Source of the DNA: the human T2T-CHM13v2.0 reference genome, Homo sapiens
NCBI RefSeq assembly: GCF_009914755.1
Contig: NC_060934.1
Direction: 5' to 3' (one strand)
DNA: 64,000 nucleotides
This document shows positions 1 through 13,182 of this stretch, in pieces (positions within the stretch are counted from its first letter, which is position 1; every line of letters begins with the position of its first letter). The notes below the pieces were generated by a model. It did no database searches and was not told the origin of the DNA. It worked only from the letters and a program-made list of their open reading frames with translations. Made by a program: the position numbers and the translations under genes.

Positions 1-165
1 GTAGAATTATTTCATTATATATTACAATGTAATAATGATATAAATAAAGTACACAATAAGTGTAATGCATTTGAATCATCCCAAAACCATCCCCCTACCC
101 TGATCCATGGAAAAATTGTCTTCCATGAAACCAGTCCCTGGTGCCAAAAAGGTTGGGGATCATTG
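1..165 (+). mobile_element. MER1 (MER1A/B, hAT-Charlie) 3' part, cut by window start
   Basis: Ends in TCCATGGAAAAATTGTCTTCCATGAAACCAGTCCCTGGTGCCAAAAAGGTTGGGGATCATTG, the MER1 terminus. Confidence 0.85.
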
Positions 166-731
166 CTCTAAGCTCACTTCCACCAGTGAAACATGGTACC
201 CTGCACATGGCTGGTTGCTCAGGATGATCTAGGGAACTGAATACTAACTGGTTATAATACACCCAGTGCATAAGCCCAGGAGAATAATTAAAGGCAGGTC
301 ACACACTAACATTCCCTTCCTAACCCCTGCACATTAACCCACTGAGTAAGAATGTACCACTTCCTGGTCCGCCATAATATCAATTATCCATTCTCTGGTC
401 ACTTAGCCTGTGACATACTGAGATACTGGGTGTGACAAATGTTAGTAAACTGAGAAGTGGTGTCTGTGTGTGTGTGGGGGGGTGCATGCACGTGTGCAGT
501 AATAGTTGTCATTTTCATCTACTAACCATATGCAATAATGCAACAGAGGGGTGAGCTTTTGGAAATCAGGGAATATGTCTTCCTTTTGGAATCCTACATA
601 AATCCTCTCACAGCATCTGGCACACACGAGGCATCCACGAGACACCCAGTGTGGTGTGGAAGAAAGCTGAGTCAGAAGACCTGGAGTTTACTGGCCAATG
701 TTCTCCATGTGGTCCGGGACTTCTTACTTTA

Positions 732-2033
<1,302 letters not shown>

Positions 2034-2423
2034 CAGATATCGCTAGGCAAGTCCATGATTAACCAGAGCCAGTTTTGTTAGATTGGGAACATCCTATGGC
2101 CCACTAAACTGAAATTCGTTATTGAATAATACAAAATACAGAATAGAAGAAAACTCGTCTTCAGCTTGGCTCTTGAAATATACAACTCTTCCCTTAATTT
2201 GCAGTATAAAATAACATCCACCATATCCTGGGCAGGAAGCAAACCTTGCCCTCTCCACTCACTGATCTCTATCAAGAGGACCATTTGCAGTGGCTGATGC
2301 TTACGGGGATTGCTGAAAAGATACACCAAGGCTGCCTATCCAGTTCTCAAGCTTTTCCCAATTTTACCCCTGGATCATGCCAGCTTGTCAGGGAGCTGCA
2401 CACTTGGCCATTGTCCTGCCTCC

Positions 2424-3527
2424 TGTGATGGATTCATGGCAGCCACCTATTCTTTTCTATTTCTCCTGTCAAGAGGTGGAGTCAATTTCCCATTGATATA
2501 GGAGCTAGAAAGTAATTATTTAGGCAGATAGGAAGGGCAATAGAGTCCTTGGCGAAATTTCCCTTTTAACGAAAAGCAGCCCCCAAAATCATTTCTTTTC
2601 TAACAAAGAGCAGCCTGAAAAATCAAGCTGCAGACATAGACAAGCAAACTGGAAGTTTGCACAGGTGAATGCTGGCAGCTGTGCCAATAGAAAAGGGCTA
2701 CCTGGGGACCAGGTATGTTCAACATGGAGGCTCCATCTTCCCTTTTCTTTGTAACCATGTGTAAAGTAAGAGAATAGGCAACATGGTGCCAGCCAGGTAG
2801 AGAATCCATGTGCATAATAAAAGATTAGGGTGGGGTAGCCAGATTTTCACGCACTATGCAAATGACACACCTAGTTCTAACCAATTTTTTGCGCCTTATG
2901 CAAATGGCACACCTTGTCCAAACAATCTTTCATGCCCTATGTAAATCAGACACCACCTCCTCAAGCTAATCTATAAAACTTGCTGCATTTCACCACGGAA
3001 GCAGCAACCCATTTTTCTGGGACCCTTCTCTGCTACAGAGAGCCCTGCTCTTCTCTTTGCCTATTAAACTTCCACTCTGAGCCTCACCCTTTGTGTGTCC
3101 ATGTCCTACTTTTCCATGGTGCGAGGCAACGAATCTCAGGTATTTACCCCAGACAACAACGCCATTTCACCATTCTCTTGAATCTGGACTAACCTCACAA
3201 TGTGTTCTTACCAATGGAATGTGGTGGAAATGATGTAAAATTTCTGAGGCTGAGCCTTAAAACACCTATGCCTTTCCCTTCACATCCAAGAGGATGGTCC
3301 TCTTGGAACCCTGCTGCTGTGTGATGAGAATCAAGGCATGGAACCCCAGCCCACAGCTGACAGTGGTGTGGGAGGGAGCCATGCTGCATGCTCCACATCC
3401 AGTTGAGCCCATGGATGACACCACCTCGCCACTGCCTGGCTGAGCCCAGTCCAACCCACAGAATTGGTAGAGATCATAAATTGGACTGGTTATACTAAGT
3501 CACTAAGTTTGGGGCAATAACCAAAAT
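2424..3527 (+). mobile_element. MLT1 (G/H-like) MaLR LTR, interrupted by LTR9
   Basis: TGTGATGGATT...AGAGGTGGAGTC start; resumes at CTTGAATCTGG after 3173; ends near TAAGTCACTAAGTTTGGGG. Confidence 0.7.
2494..3169 (+). mobile_element. LTR9-family ERV1 solo LTR
   Basis: TG...CA termini, perfect 4-bp TSD CCAT (2490-2493 / 3170-3173), TATAAAA near 2973, ATTAAA near 3063, LTR9-type 5' sequence. Confidence 0.85.
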
Positions 3528-4214
3528 GTCCACTACCCCCTCAATGCCACCCACCCCCTTTGTGGGATCTTTCACTGAAATATGCTTTGGTATTGGGTCA
3601 TCTGCTAGCATTGAAGGATACTTCAATGAGAGACTGGCTTTTATACAAGGTCATTTCTGTCTCCAGCAGAGCTGCTTTCAAGGACAAAGTTTGCAACAGC
3701 CAACACTGTTGCTTTGTGAGCACCTGAAGCAGAAATTCTTCTCAGGTGTCAGCCATAGAAAAGGCTAGGCATCTCCTAAACAACTCAGCTGTACACCCGT
3801 ATTTATCGTACTGTCTTTTTCCCTCTCTGCTTTGTGAGCTAGGAAGTTTGGAACCACACTAATGAATCTCGCTTCCATTAGCAGTGAACTAGCCCTCTAT
3901 AACTTCATTTTTTTTTCCTTCTTAAAATTTTCCTTTTCTTGTTTTCCTCAACTGCTCTTCCTGCAGCTTGCATTTCTTGCATTTTTGGAAGTTACATCAA
4001 ACTCTCTGTGGGCTGAGGCAAGATATAAATAAAATGTAGAGAAAACACAGTTGAATAACCATCAAAATGTGAACCTCTAAATTTGCCATTCCACATTTCT
4101 CTATAAAATGTCATAAAGTGACATTAAAATAAGAATATAGAAAAATGAATGATGTCTTGTCTACCATGGGGGCAGAAAAAGGAATTCTGTGGTTCTGTTG
4201 GTAAACCTGCTCCC

Positions 4215-5235
4215 AAGATCACCTTTCAGAAACTCTGATCTGACTCTGTTGCTCCATATTTTAAAAGCCTTCAGTGATTAGAAGATGCAAGGGCAGAATG
4301 ATGGCCCCCAGAGATGCTCATGTCCTAATCCCCAGAACCTGTGGATATCCTATGTGACACGGCAAAGGGGAACTGAAGTTGCAGACGAATTAATGTTACT
4401 AATCAGCTGAACTTAAAATAGGAAACTATCCTGCATTATTTCAGTGGCCCAATGTACTCTTAAGGGTCCTTAGAAGTAGAAGAGAGAATCAGAGAGAGGC
4501 AGTGTGAAAAGGACTCAACCCAAAAGCAACTCAAAGTTGTGGCATTGAAGAGCATGGAGGGGGCCCTCCGCCAAGGAAGTCAGCAGCCTCTAGAAGCCGG
4601 GTAGGGCAAGAAAAGAGATTCTCTCCTTGAGCCTCCGGAAGGACACAGCCCTGCCAACACCTTGATCTCCACCCCAGGAAACCCATCTCAGACTTCTGAC
4701 AGCCAGATTGGTAGATCATAAAATTGTATTTCTTGAGCCACTAAATTGTGGTAATTGGTTACAGCAGTCATAGAAAACTAATACATGAGATAACGAACAA
4801 AGAGTAGGAATGCACCCAGGACTTTTTGTAACCCGCCTAACTTTCCCACCTCATCTCTGATCCCCTTGCCACCCAACTATTCTCCATCCTGTCCCATTCA
4901 ATGCCCACTGGGCCACTCGGCCTTCCATGTCTGGCTTTTCCTCCCCACTCTTATTCTAATCTGTCTACCTGCTAATCACCTATTCACCAATTCAGGCCCA
5001 GCTTGATGGTCACCTCCACCTTGGAGCCCTCCTTGATTCCTTTCCTGTTTCACCCATCGCTCCAGGCTATGCAGAAAGAGCCCCTGGCTGAGAGCACCCA
5101 AGTGTTATATTGTTCTATCAGCATTATGGGTTTTTCTGTAGCCCTCCCCAGAACCAACACTTTGAAGGCAAGGACAGTGTCTTGATCCCCTTTGTTTTCC
5201 CAGTGCCTGGCTCTTTCTAGATTCCTTATGAATGC
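4215..5235 (+). mobile_element. L2 fragments, interrupted by MLT1D
   Basis: L2 3' motifs such as GAAGGCAAGGACAGTGTCTT...CCCAGTGCCTGGC. Confidence 0.55.
4286..4785 (+). mobile_element. MLT1D MaLR solo LTR
   Basis: GGCAGAATGATGGCCCCCAGAGATG...TCCTAATCCCCAGAACCTGTG start; GTTACAGCAGTCATAGAAAACTAATACA end. Confidence 0.85.
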
Positions 5236-5369
5236 GGCCGTAATAGGACAGAATGGAATTGAACAAAAACACAAGAACACACCCACAGTACCCACATTGG
5301 CAGATCTTTCACCGTCTGTAAAAATTGTGTCAACGGGGTCAGGAGGCTGGCCCCGCCACCAGATCACCT

Positions 5370-5545
5370 GGACTCCCTCCAGCTCTGCCACCGCCAGCTG
5401 TGGGCAAGTTCCTGGATGTCTCTGTGCCTTTGTTTCCTGCCTTATAAACCCAGGGGTGGTAGGAAGCAAGCATCTATGTTTCAGAGTTGCCAGAATAAAA
5501 TGCCAGGATTAAGCACTCAATAAATGCTATGTATTATTATTTATT
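5370..5545 (+). mobile_element. MIR
   Basis: GGGCAAGTT...TCTCTGTGCCTTTGTTTCC core and TAAGCACTCAATAAATGCTA tail. Confidence 0.7.
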
Positions 5546-5869
5546 GCCTACTAGACAAGTCTCCATTTTTACCAAAGTCCAAAAATGACACATTTCAGCT
5601 TTTGCCACCAATGGAGAGAAATGTTTTTGCCACCATAAAGACCTACCCTATTGCTTGCAGAAGTGCTTCTTCCCTTTTTAGATCCTCTCCTCTCCCAATA
5701 CATATTTCAGGCTTCAACACTCCTCGTCATTGGATGCAGTTTGCTACACACCTCGGGAGTCCTGGAATATGAAGTTCATGGAGGCAGAGAGCAGCCAACA
5801 CATTGCTTTGAAATCAAGAGGCTTGAAGGGCAAACTAGGGCCACAACTGAGTTCACAGACAGATCACCG

Positions 5870-6029
5870 ATGAAATATGCTAAAATACAGATTCTGAGCT
5901 CCTCCGCCAACACCCCAGAAATTCTGATTCCAAGGAGTGGGGCAAGGCCCAGGAATCTGCACTTTCAACAAGCTTCACATGAGATTCTGGTGCAACGTGC
6001 ATCCATGGAGCACATTTAGAGAAACACTG
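5870..6029 (+). mobile_element. MER5A-type hAT relic (donor of the copy at 9386-9475)
   Basis: GGCCCAGGAATCTGCACTTTCAACAAGC...GATTCTG...GAGAAACACTG. Confidence 0.75.
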
Positions 6030-7217
6030 AACCGTGATCTTAAATCCTTTCTTGTTGGATATCTTAATAGAATTCATTCCGGAAGCCTAAATGCCAAAGA
6101 ATCCTGACTCCCTCCTGAAATTCATAGAAGACAGCAGGTGCACCTACCTACTTGCCTGCCTCTGCTACCCTTCTTCTGAAACAGCGGCCACACTTGGCCT
6201 TTGGCACTTAGCCCTCCAACACAGAGTGTAGTGGTGGTGGGATCACCAGCCAAAGCCCCCGGCCTTTCTGCTCAGCCAGCTGGCATTGCTTTCTCCCAGG
6301 CTGGTGCCCTGCAGAGGCCACCATTCACTCCTGCTCCCAGCTGGGCAGAGCACACCCTCTGAGCCCAAGGTTTTTGGCTTTCCATCCCTACATGTGCTGT
6401 CCCACCCCCTCCTAGCAAATCCCTTTATTTCATTCCAGCTGATGTCAGTTTCCGTTGCTTGCAAACACCTGAACCAGTGCAATGCAGGGTTTGTGACCTG
6501 GTCCCAAGAGGAGGAACCATGGGCAGGAGGCTGACACGTGTTTGCCAAGTAAGGGCTTCCCAGGGAGGGCTGTCTCCAAAACAGGCATGAAAAAAAAAAA
6601 AAAACACCGTGTCCTGTTCTAGGCTTCTACAACAACACCTATCAATATTCCAGCTGCTTTTGGATGATTTAACATGAAAGAGCAGCCCTCCAAGGCAATG
6701 ACTTGCCTCTTGTGAGCAGCATTTTAAGAGGATAAAAAGCACCCAGAGAGCCAGAGTGACAATGGGTGGCAATAAGAGAATTGTGGAAAAAAATAAAAAG
6801 CAGATTGTAATTCTTGTGGTGCCTTGAGCCAGAGCTTACCAAGGCTGCAGGCAGGTTGGAACCCCAAGAACCTTTCCTAGGTTTAGATTCCATGTGGTCG
6901 GTGCCACTTGGTGACGGCAGGAGGTGACTCAGGAAGAAGACACCCAGGAGGTAGAACCCAGTAGGAACAGTCCCTGCCCATGGGAACCAGAGTGGGCTTT
7001 TGGAACTCTGTGGGGATAAGGAGAGAAGGAGTCCACCCTCCTCAGTGTCACCCACAGAAACACAGAAAGTCTGATGGAGCAGGAGGTGGCCTCTCTTGGA
7101 CCAAGTGCGGCGAATTCATTCCATAAGCAGGTTCTTCCTGAACTCCTACTTCCCACCAGATGCTGTCCTGGAACCTTGGAATACAACTGGGAAGACAAAA
7201 ATGAGTCCCATCTGCTA

Positions 7218-8204
<987 letters not shown>

Positions 8205-8360
8205 GAAAGAAAGAAAAAAAGAAAGAAAGAAAGAAAGCAAGAAGGAAAGAAAGAAAGAAAGAAAGAAAGAAGGAAGGAAGGAAGGAAGGAAAGAAGGAAG
8301 GAAGGAAGGAAGGAAGGAAGGAAGGAAGGAAGGAAGGAAGGAAGGAAGGAAGAAAGGAAA
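8205..8360 (+). repeat. (GAAA)n-(GGAA)n compound microsatellite from an Alu tail
   Basis: Nearly pure purine tract; GGAA x5 (8272-8291) and x14 (8296-8351). Confidence 0.98.
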
Positions 8361-9029
8361 CTCTCCTGGCCAGAGCTTACAATTTAAAGAGAGAAACAAA
8401 AAAGGAGCCAACCATGATGATCTCTGTGTTAAAGGCATCAGCAGGGAAGACCAGACACCCCCACGCCAACAGAAAAGGGATTCATAGCTTGAATATGGGG
8501 AGGTGTCAGCCAAGAAGACTTCTTGGAGGCAATGTTATCAAAAATGGAAAGGAAATATTGGAGTTAACCAGACTGGGTCACGGAAATGCAGGTAGGAGGT
8601 GTGGAAAAGGCTGCGGGGGAATAAGGTGGGGAGACTTTGGCAGGTATAGAGGCCCAGGGGCCCGAGAGCCTCAACATCTTCCAGGAGATTTGGAGGCTAC
8701 AGAGTGCCAGATGAGGAGTGTCAAGGAACAAGGTCCCTGGTGTGCTGGGACCAAGCACAGCACAGCTCTGTGTGCAAATATCTTCTGGACAAGACGTCTG
8801 TCCATTCTCACTGGCTGTCCAGTCTCAGCCAGCCTTGGAACAGAGGAGAACTGTCTGAGAAGCGTGTGCAGAAGCCAGAAGAACATTCTCATCTTTTCAG
8901 CACCTCTGCTCTTGTTTTCCCACCCATGCCCTTGTCTTAGGGCACAGAGCGTAGAAACAGGAAGAGGGGCGATCTCTCAAAGGAACAAATGACACAGGGA
9001 CTCAAATCCTGATGGAGTGCTGCCGACTC

Positions 9030-9170
9030 ATTCAGATACAATCTCTACTCTACAGGTAGGAAAACTGAGGCTCAGGGCTTTTCAAAGATTTTCTCAGAGT
9101 TATGTGGGTCATGAGTGGTGGGGCAGGGACTCAACCCCAGACAGCCTGAGCTCAGATCTGTGTGCCCAGC
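9030..9170 (-). mobile_element. MIR
   Basis: TACAGGTAGGAAAACTGAGGCTCAG...GGGACTCAACCCCAG. Confidence 0.7.
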
Positions 9171-9382
9171 ACACAGGGCCAGCTGGGGGATGGAGGTAAG
9201 AGAAAAGGAGAATGAAGTGGGCACCCTCCCTTGACCCTACCCCCCAGAAGGCAACCCTGGTGCCCATGAAGGCTTTGCCTTCCCCTCCATCACCTGCAGG
9301 CTCCCCTGAAAGGCCAACATTCAGCTGTCCTGCAGGACCTGGCCCTAGCGGCTGCTATTTCCCCCCACAGGGCTTCCCTTCT

Positions 9383-9658
9383 CCGATGCTAAAATACAGA
9401 TTCTGAGCTCCTCCGCCAACACCCCAGAGACTGTGATTCCAAGGAGTGGGGCGAGGCCCAGGAATCTGCACTTTCCTGCCAGGGAAAGCGAGGCAGGCTT
9501 CCTGGAGGAAAGCCATATGAGCTGGGACTTGGTATTTGAGTAGAATTTCCCCAGCTGCACTAGGGGGTGGTGGGTGGTGGAAGATGGAGAATCAGAGGAG
9601 GGAACAGCATGTGCCAGGCCACAGAGGCAAGCTTGTTTTGGGAGTGGCGAGCAATTCA
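9383..9658. repeat. Composite local duplication: direct copy of 5877-5966 joined to an inverted copy of 10191-10372
   Basis: Hand alignment: 4 mismatches in 90 bp, and about 13 mismatches in 182 bp. Confidence 0.92.
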
Positions 9659-10190
9659 ACTCTCCCTTGTGTGTCCTGGTGGGCCTGTCTCCTCACACAG
9701 GGGCTCTGGAGAGCCAGAGTGAAGGGCCTTGCTTCTAAGATCAGGCAGGAATTTCCCAGGGTCCTGGAGACTTTCTGCTGCCCTCAGAAGCATTTGCTGC
9801 TCTCAGGAGCTCTGAGACGCCGTCATGATCAGCTGTTCCAGCGCATTTGGATCTGCATGGCCTCAGAGCATTAACAGAGCTTCCTAAGGTCACACGCAAC
9901 TTCTGCCTTTCCTGTCTAGGGCAGGTCCTGACCTCCAGTGCTTCCCAACAGAGATGCTCTCTGCACAGGGCAGATAAATTATCTTTAGAAAATTTGAAAT
10001 TATTATGAATCTACAGAGGCTTCAATCGAGTTAAAATAATGAAAGCAGCAATAATGCTGTAATTATTTAATTAGGGAAAGAAATGAAAGATAAGAACCTT
10101 TATCTAAGACTTCAAAACACAAATGAGAAATTCACCCTAGATATTAGGTAACTTAGATCTCCATCCTTGAGCCAGAGGGTCCAGTCGTTC

Positions 10191-10540
10191 TGAATTGCTC
10201 GTCGCTCCCAAAACAAGTTTGCCTCTGTGGCCTGCCACATGCTGTTCCCTCCTCTGGTTCTCCATCTCCCCCCACCCACCACCCCCCAGTGCAGCCGGAG
10301 AAATTCTACTCAAATACCAAGGCCCAGCTCACATGGCTTTCCTCCAGGAAGCCTGCCTCGCTTTCTCTGGCACAACAGGCAGCTCCCTCCTGTAGCAAGA
10401 ACACACCAGGACCCTGGTGTGTTACTGTGCTGTCTTGTTGGCACCTACCTTTCAGGCTCCTGGTGAGAGGAAGCCCTTTTGAGATAAAGATGGACTCCTC
10501 TTTGTTTTCCCCATACCTGGCATTGCCTGGCACACAGAAA
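10191..10540 (+). mobile_element. L2 fragment (left part is the donor of the inverted copy at 9477-9658)
   Basis: AAGGCCCAGCTCACATGGCTTTCCTCCAGGAAGCCT...GCCTGGCACACAG L2 3' motifs. Confidence 0.7.
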
Positions 10541-11435
10541 ACACCCCACCCACAATTGCTGAGGTGAAAAAGCCAGGGCTTCTGAAGAGGGGACAAGATT
10601 TTCCAACTATAAGATGGTTATAGAGCAAACTGGAGCCCGAGTGTGTACTCCAGTTCAAAGCTTTGACTCGAATGCTCTATGTGGAATGATCAGATTTGGT
10701 AGGTAAAGAAAGATTGGCAAAGTTCTACAGGTCTAGCTAAGCAGGAGGCAGAGCAGGTTCCTGCCCTCAGGGAGCTCACATTCAGTAGGGAGCAGGTACA
10801 GACAGGCAGCAAAATAAATATAGAAGAATTTTTGGAGAGACAAAGCACCTACGTGTGCAGACACTGAGCTACAAACTGGAGGTAGAGAGGTAATAACGAT
10901 GACCTTACCCTAAAAGAGATTATCATCTACTGAGGAATCCATAATCCTTCTTACGAAAAATTAAATTATCCCCCTGACTCCAGATGCCGACTTCTCAAAC
11001 CAAAGTGCAGGCATGTGAAAACATAACTTTTAATTTTTCTTACTTGAACTTAATTTCTATCTTAAGCTCCATCCACCAGTGGCATGAATGTAACTTTAGA
11101 GAGTTCAGGTTAAGCCCAGTTGATTCGAGGACCCCTCACTGCCCTTTCTCCTCAGAGTAGCATCTAAATTCAGGGAGGAGGGTTTATATTGGGTCAAGCA
11201 AAGGAGGAGGGAGGGGAGGGGTCCTTGGTGTCATCTGTCCAATTGACAACTTTTATGATGTCCTCATTCCCTCTAGTCACCGATCATTGGCATTGATTTC
11301 TGCTAGCACTGATGAGACATCTTCAGGGGCATCTGGGCTGCCAGTAAGTTTCAACAAGGTCAATGTGATGCCTTCTCACCCCAGCCTCCAGGACTCTTCA
11401 ATCAGTAGCCATCTCCATCTCCATCCCTCTTTCAG

Positions 11436-11497
11436 TAGGGTTGCCAGATTTAACAGATAAGAATACAGGACACCCTGAGTTTTATCTGGCAACTTAA
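11436..11497. mobile_element. Internally collapsed MER53-like hAT MITE
   Basis: TIRs TAGGGTTGCCAGAT / ATCTGGCAACTTA; 8-bp TSD TCTTTCAG (11428-11435, 11498-11505). Confidence 0.75.
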
Positions 11498-11605
11498 TCT
11501 TTCAGGGACTCCAGAGGTTTGGGGGATTCTTTTCCAGTGTTTTGGGGCTTCATAAATGAACCCCTGTGGGGCATTCTCAGATCTGCTCTGCCCGGACTCA
11601 CACGG

Positions 11606-11684
11606 CACCCCATCTACCCTCCGGCCACTGCACCCCATCTACCCTCTGGCCGCTGCACCCCATCTACCCTCCAGTCACTGCACC
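11606..11684 (+). repeat. 25-bp minisatellite, ~3.2 copies
   Basis: CACCCCATCTACCCTCCGGCCACTG units with 2 substitutions each relative to unit 1. Confidence 0.95.
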
Positions 11685-12138
11685 ATTCATGGATGGAGGA
11701 CTAGGCCTTCGCTGCTTCCCTGGGCCCAGCAAAGCAGTGGGACTCAGGCTTCTCTGGTGGCTGCATCCTCCCCCACTCCCCTCTCACCCCAGTGGTATTT
11801 ACCAGCTGCTCAGGGTGGGGAGGGAAGACAAGGAACATACCCACTTCACCGTTCCACACTAGTAGCAAACTCTGTGTTTCTCCCTCTGATTCTCCCCGGC
11901 TAGTGTCCAGTGAAAGATTTTTTCTTGTCTAGAGCAAGAAAATTGGCCCTTTGGGTCCTCTTCATGAATGCTATTTATCTTATATATTCACCTCAACTTT
12001 TGAAATAAAAGATGAAAATTGACTCCCCATTTTCTTTGCATTTTGGCTAAACTAACAGGGGAGTCGAAAAATATTGGGAAAAAGGAATAGGAGTCTTTGA
12101 GGTGTTAGCACTGTTTTGTATGTTTATTGCAAGAATAG

Positions 12139-13182
12139 TTTTTTAAAATATATACTTTAATTTCTAGGGTACATGTGCACAACATGCAGGCTTGTTACAT
12201 AGGTATACGTGTGCAATAGTGGTTTGCTGCACCCATCAACTCGTCATTTACATTAGGTATTTCTCCTAATGCTATCCCTCTCCCAGCCCCCCACCCACCA
12301 ACAGGCCCCAGTGTGTGATGTTCCCCACCCTCTGTCCAAGTATTCTCACTGTTCAAGTATGTCTCACTCACCTATGAGTGAGAACATGCGATGTTTGGTT
12401 TTCTGTCCTTGTGATAGTTTGCTGAGAATGATGGTTTCCAGCTTCATCCATGTCCCTGCAAAGGACATGAACTCATCCTTTTTTATGGCTGCATAGTATT
12501 CCATGGTGCATATGTGCCACATTTTCTTAATCCAGTCTATCATTGATGGACATTTGGGTTGGTTCCAAGTCTTTGCTATTGTGAATAGTGCCGCAATAAA
12601 CATACATGTGCATGTGTTTTTATAGTAGCATGATTTGTAATCCTTTGGGTATATACCTAGTAATGGGATGGCTGGGTCAAATGGTATTTCTAGTTCTAGA
12701 TCCTTGAGGAATCGCCACACTGTCTTCCACAATGGTTGAACTAATTTACACTCCCACCAACAGTGTAAAAGCGTTCCTATTTCTCCACAACCTCTCCAGC
12801 ATCTGTTGTTTCCTGACTTTTTAATGATCGCCATTCTAACTGGCATGAGATGGTATCTCATTGTGGTTTTGATTTGCATTTCTCTGATAACCAGTGATGA
12901 TGAGCATTTTTTCACGTGTCTGTTGCCTGCATAAATGCCTTCTTTTGAGAAGTGTCTGTTCATCTCCTTTGCCCATTTTTTGATGGGGTTGTATGTTTTT
13001 TCCTTGTAAATTTAAGTTCTTTGTAGATTCTGGATATTAGACCTTTGTCAGATGGGTAGATTACGAAAATTTTCTCCCATTCTGTAGGTTGCCTGTTCAC
13101 TCTGATGGTAGTTTCTTTTGCTGTGAGGAAGCTCTTTAGTTTAATTAGATCCCATTTGTCTATTTTGGCTTTTGTTGCCATT
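12139..13182 (-). mobile_element. 5'-truncated L1PA (PA7/PA8-like)
   Basis: ORF 12364-12963 is the L1 ORF2p C-terminus ([29 protein letters not shown]); L1PA 3' UTR. Confidence 0.95.

Noticed and set aside
8414-8992. 192-aa ORF, the longest non-L1 ORF
   Set aside because: No recognisable domain or gene context, and it overlaps degraded L2-like sequence. Likely chance.
11606-11684. CRISPR-like repeat
   Set aside because: No spacers, no cas genes and a eukaryotic context. It is a plain tandem repeat.
12364-12963. 199-aa ORF with Cys/His motif
   Set aside because: It is the ORF2p C-terminus of a truncated L1, not a host gene.
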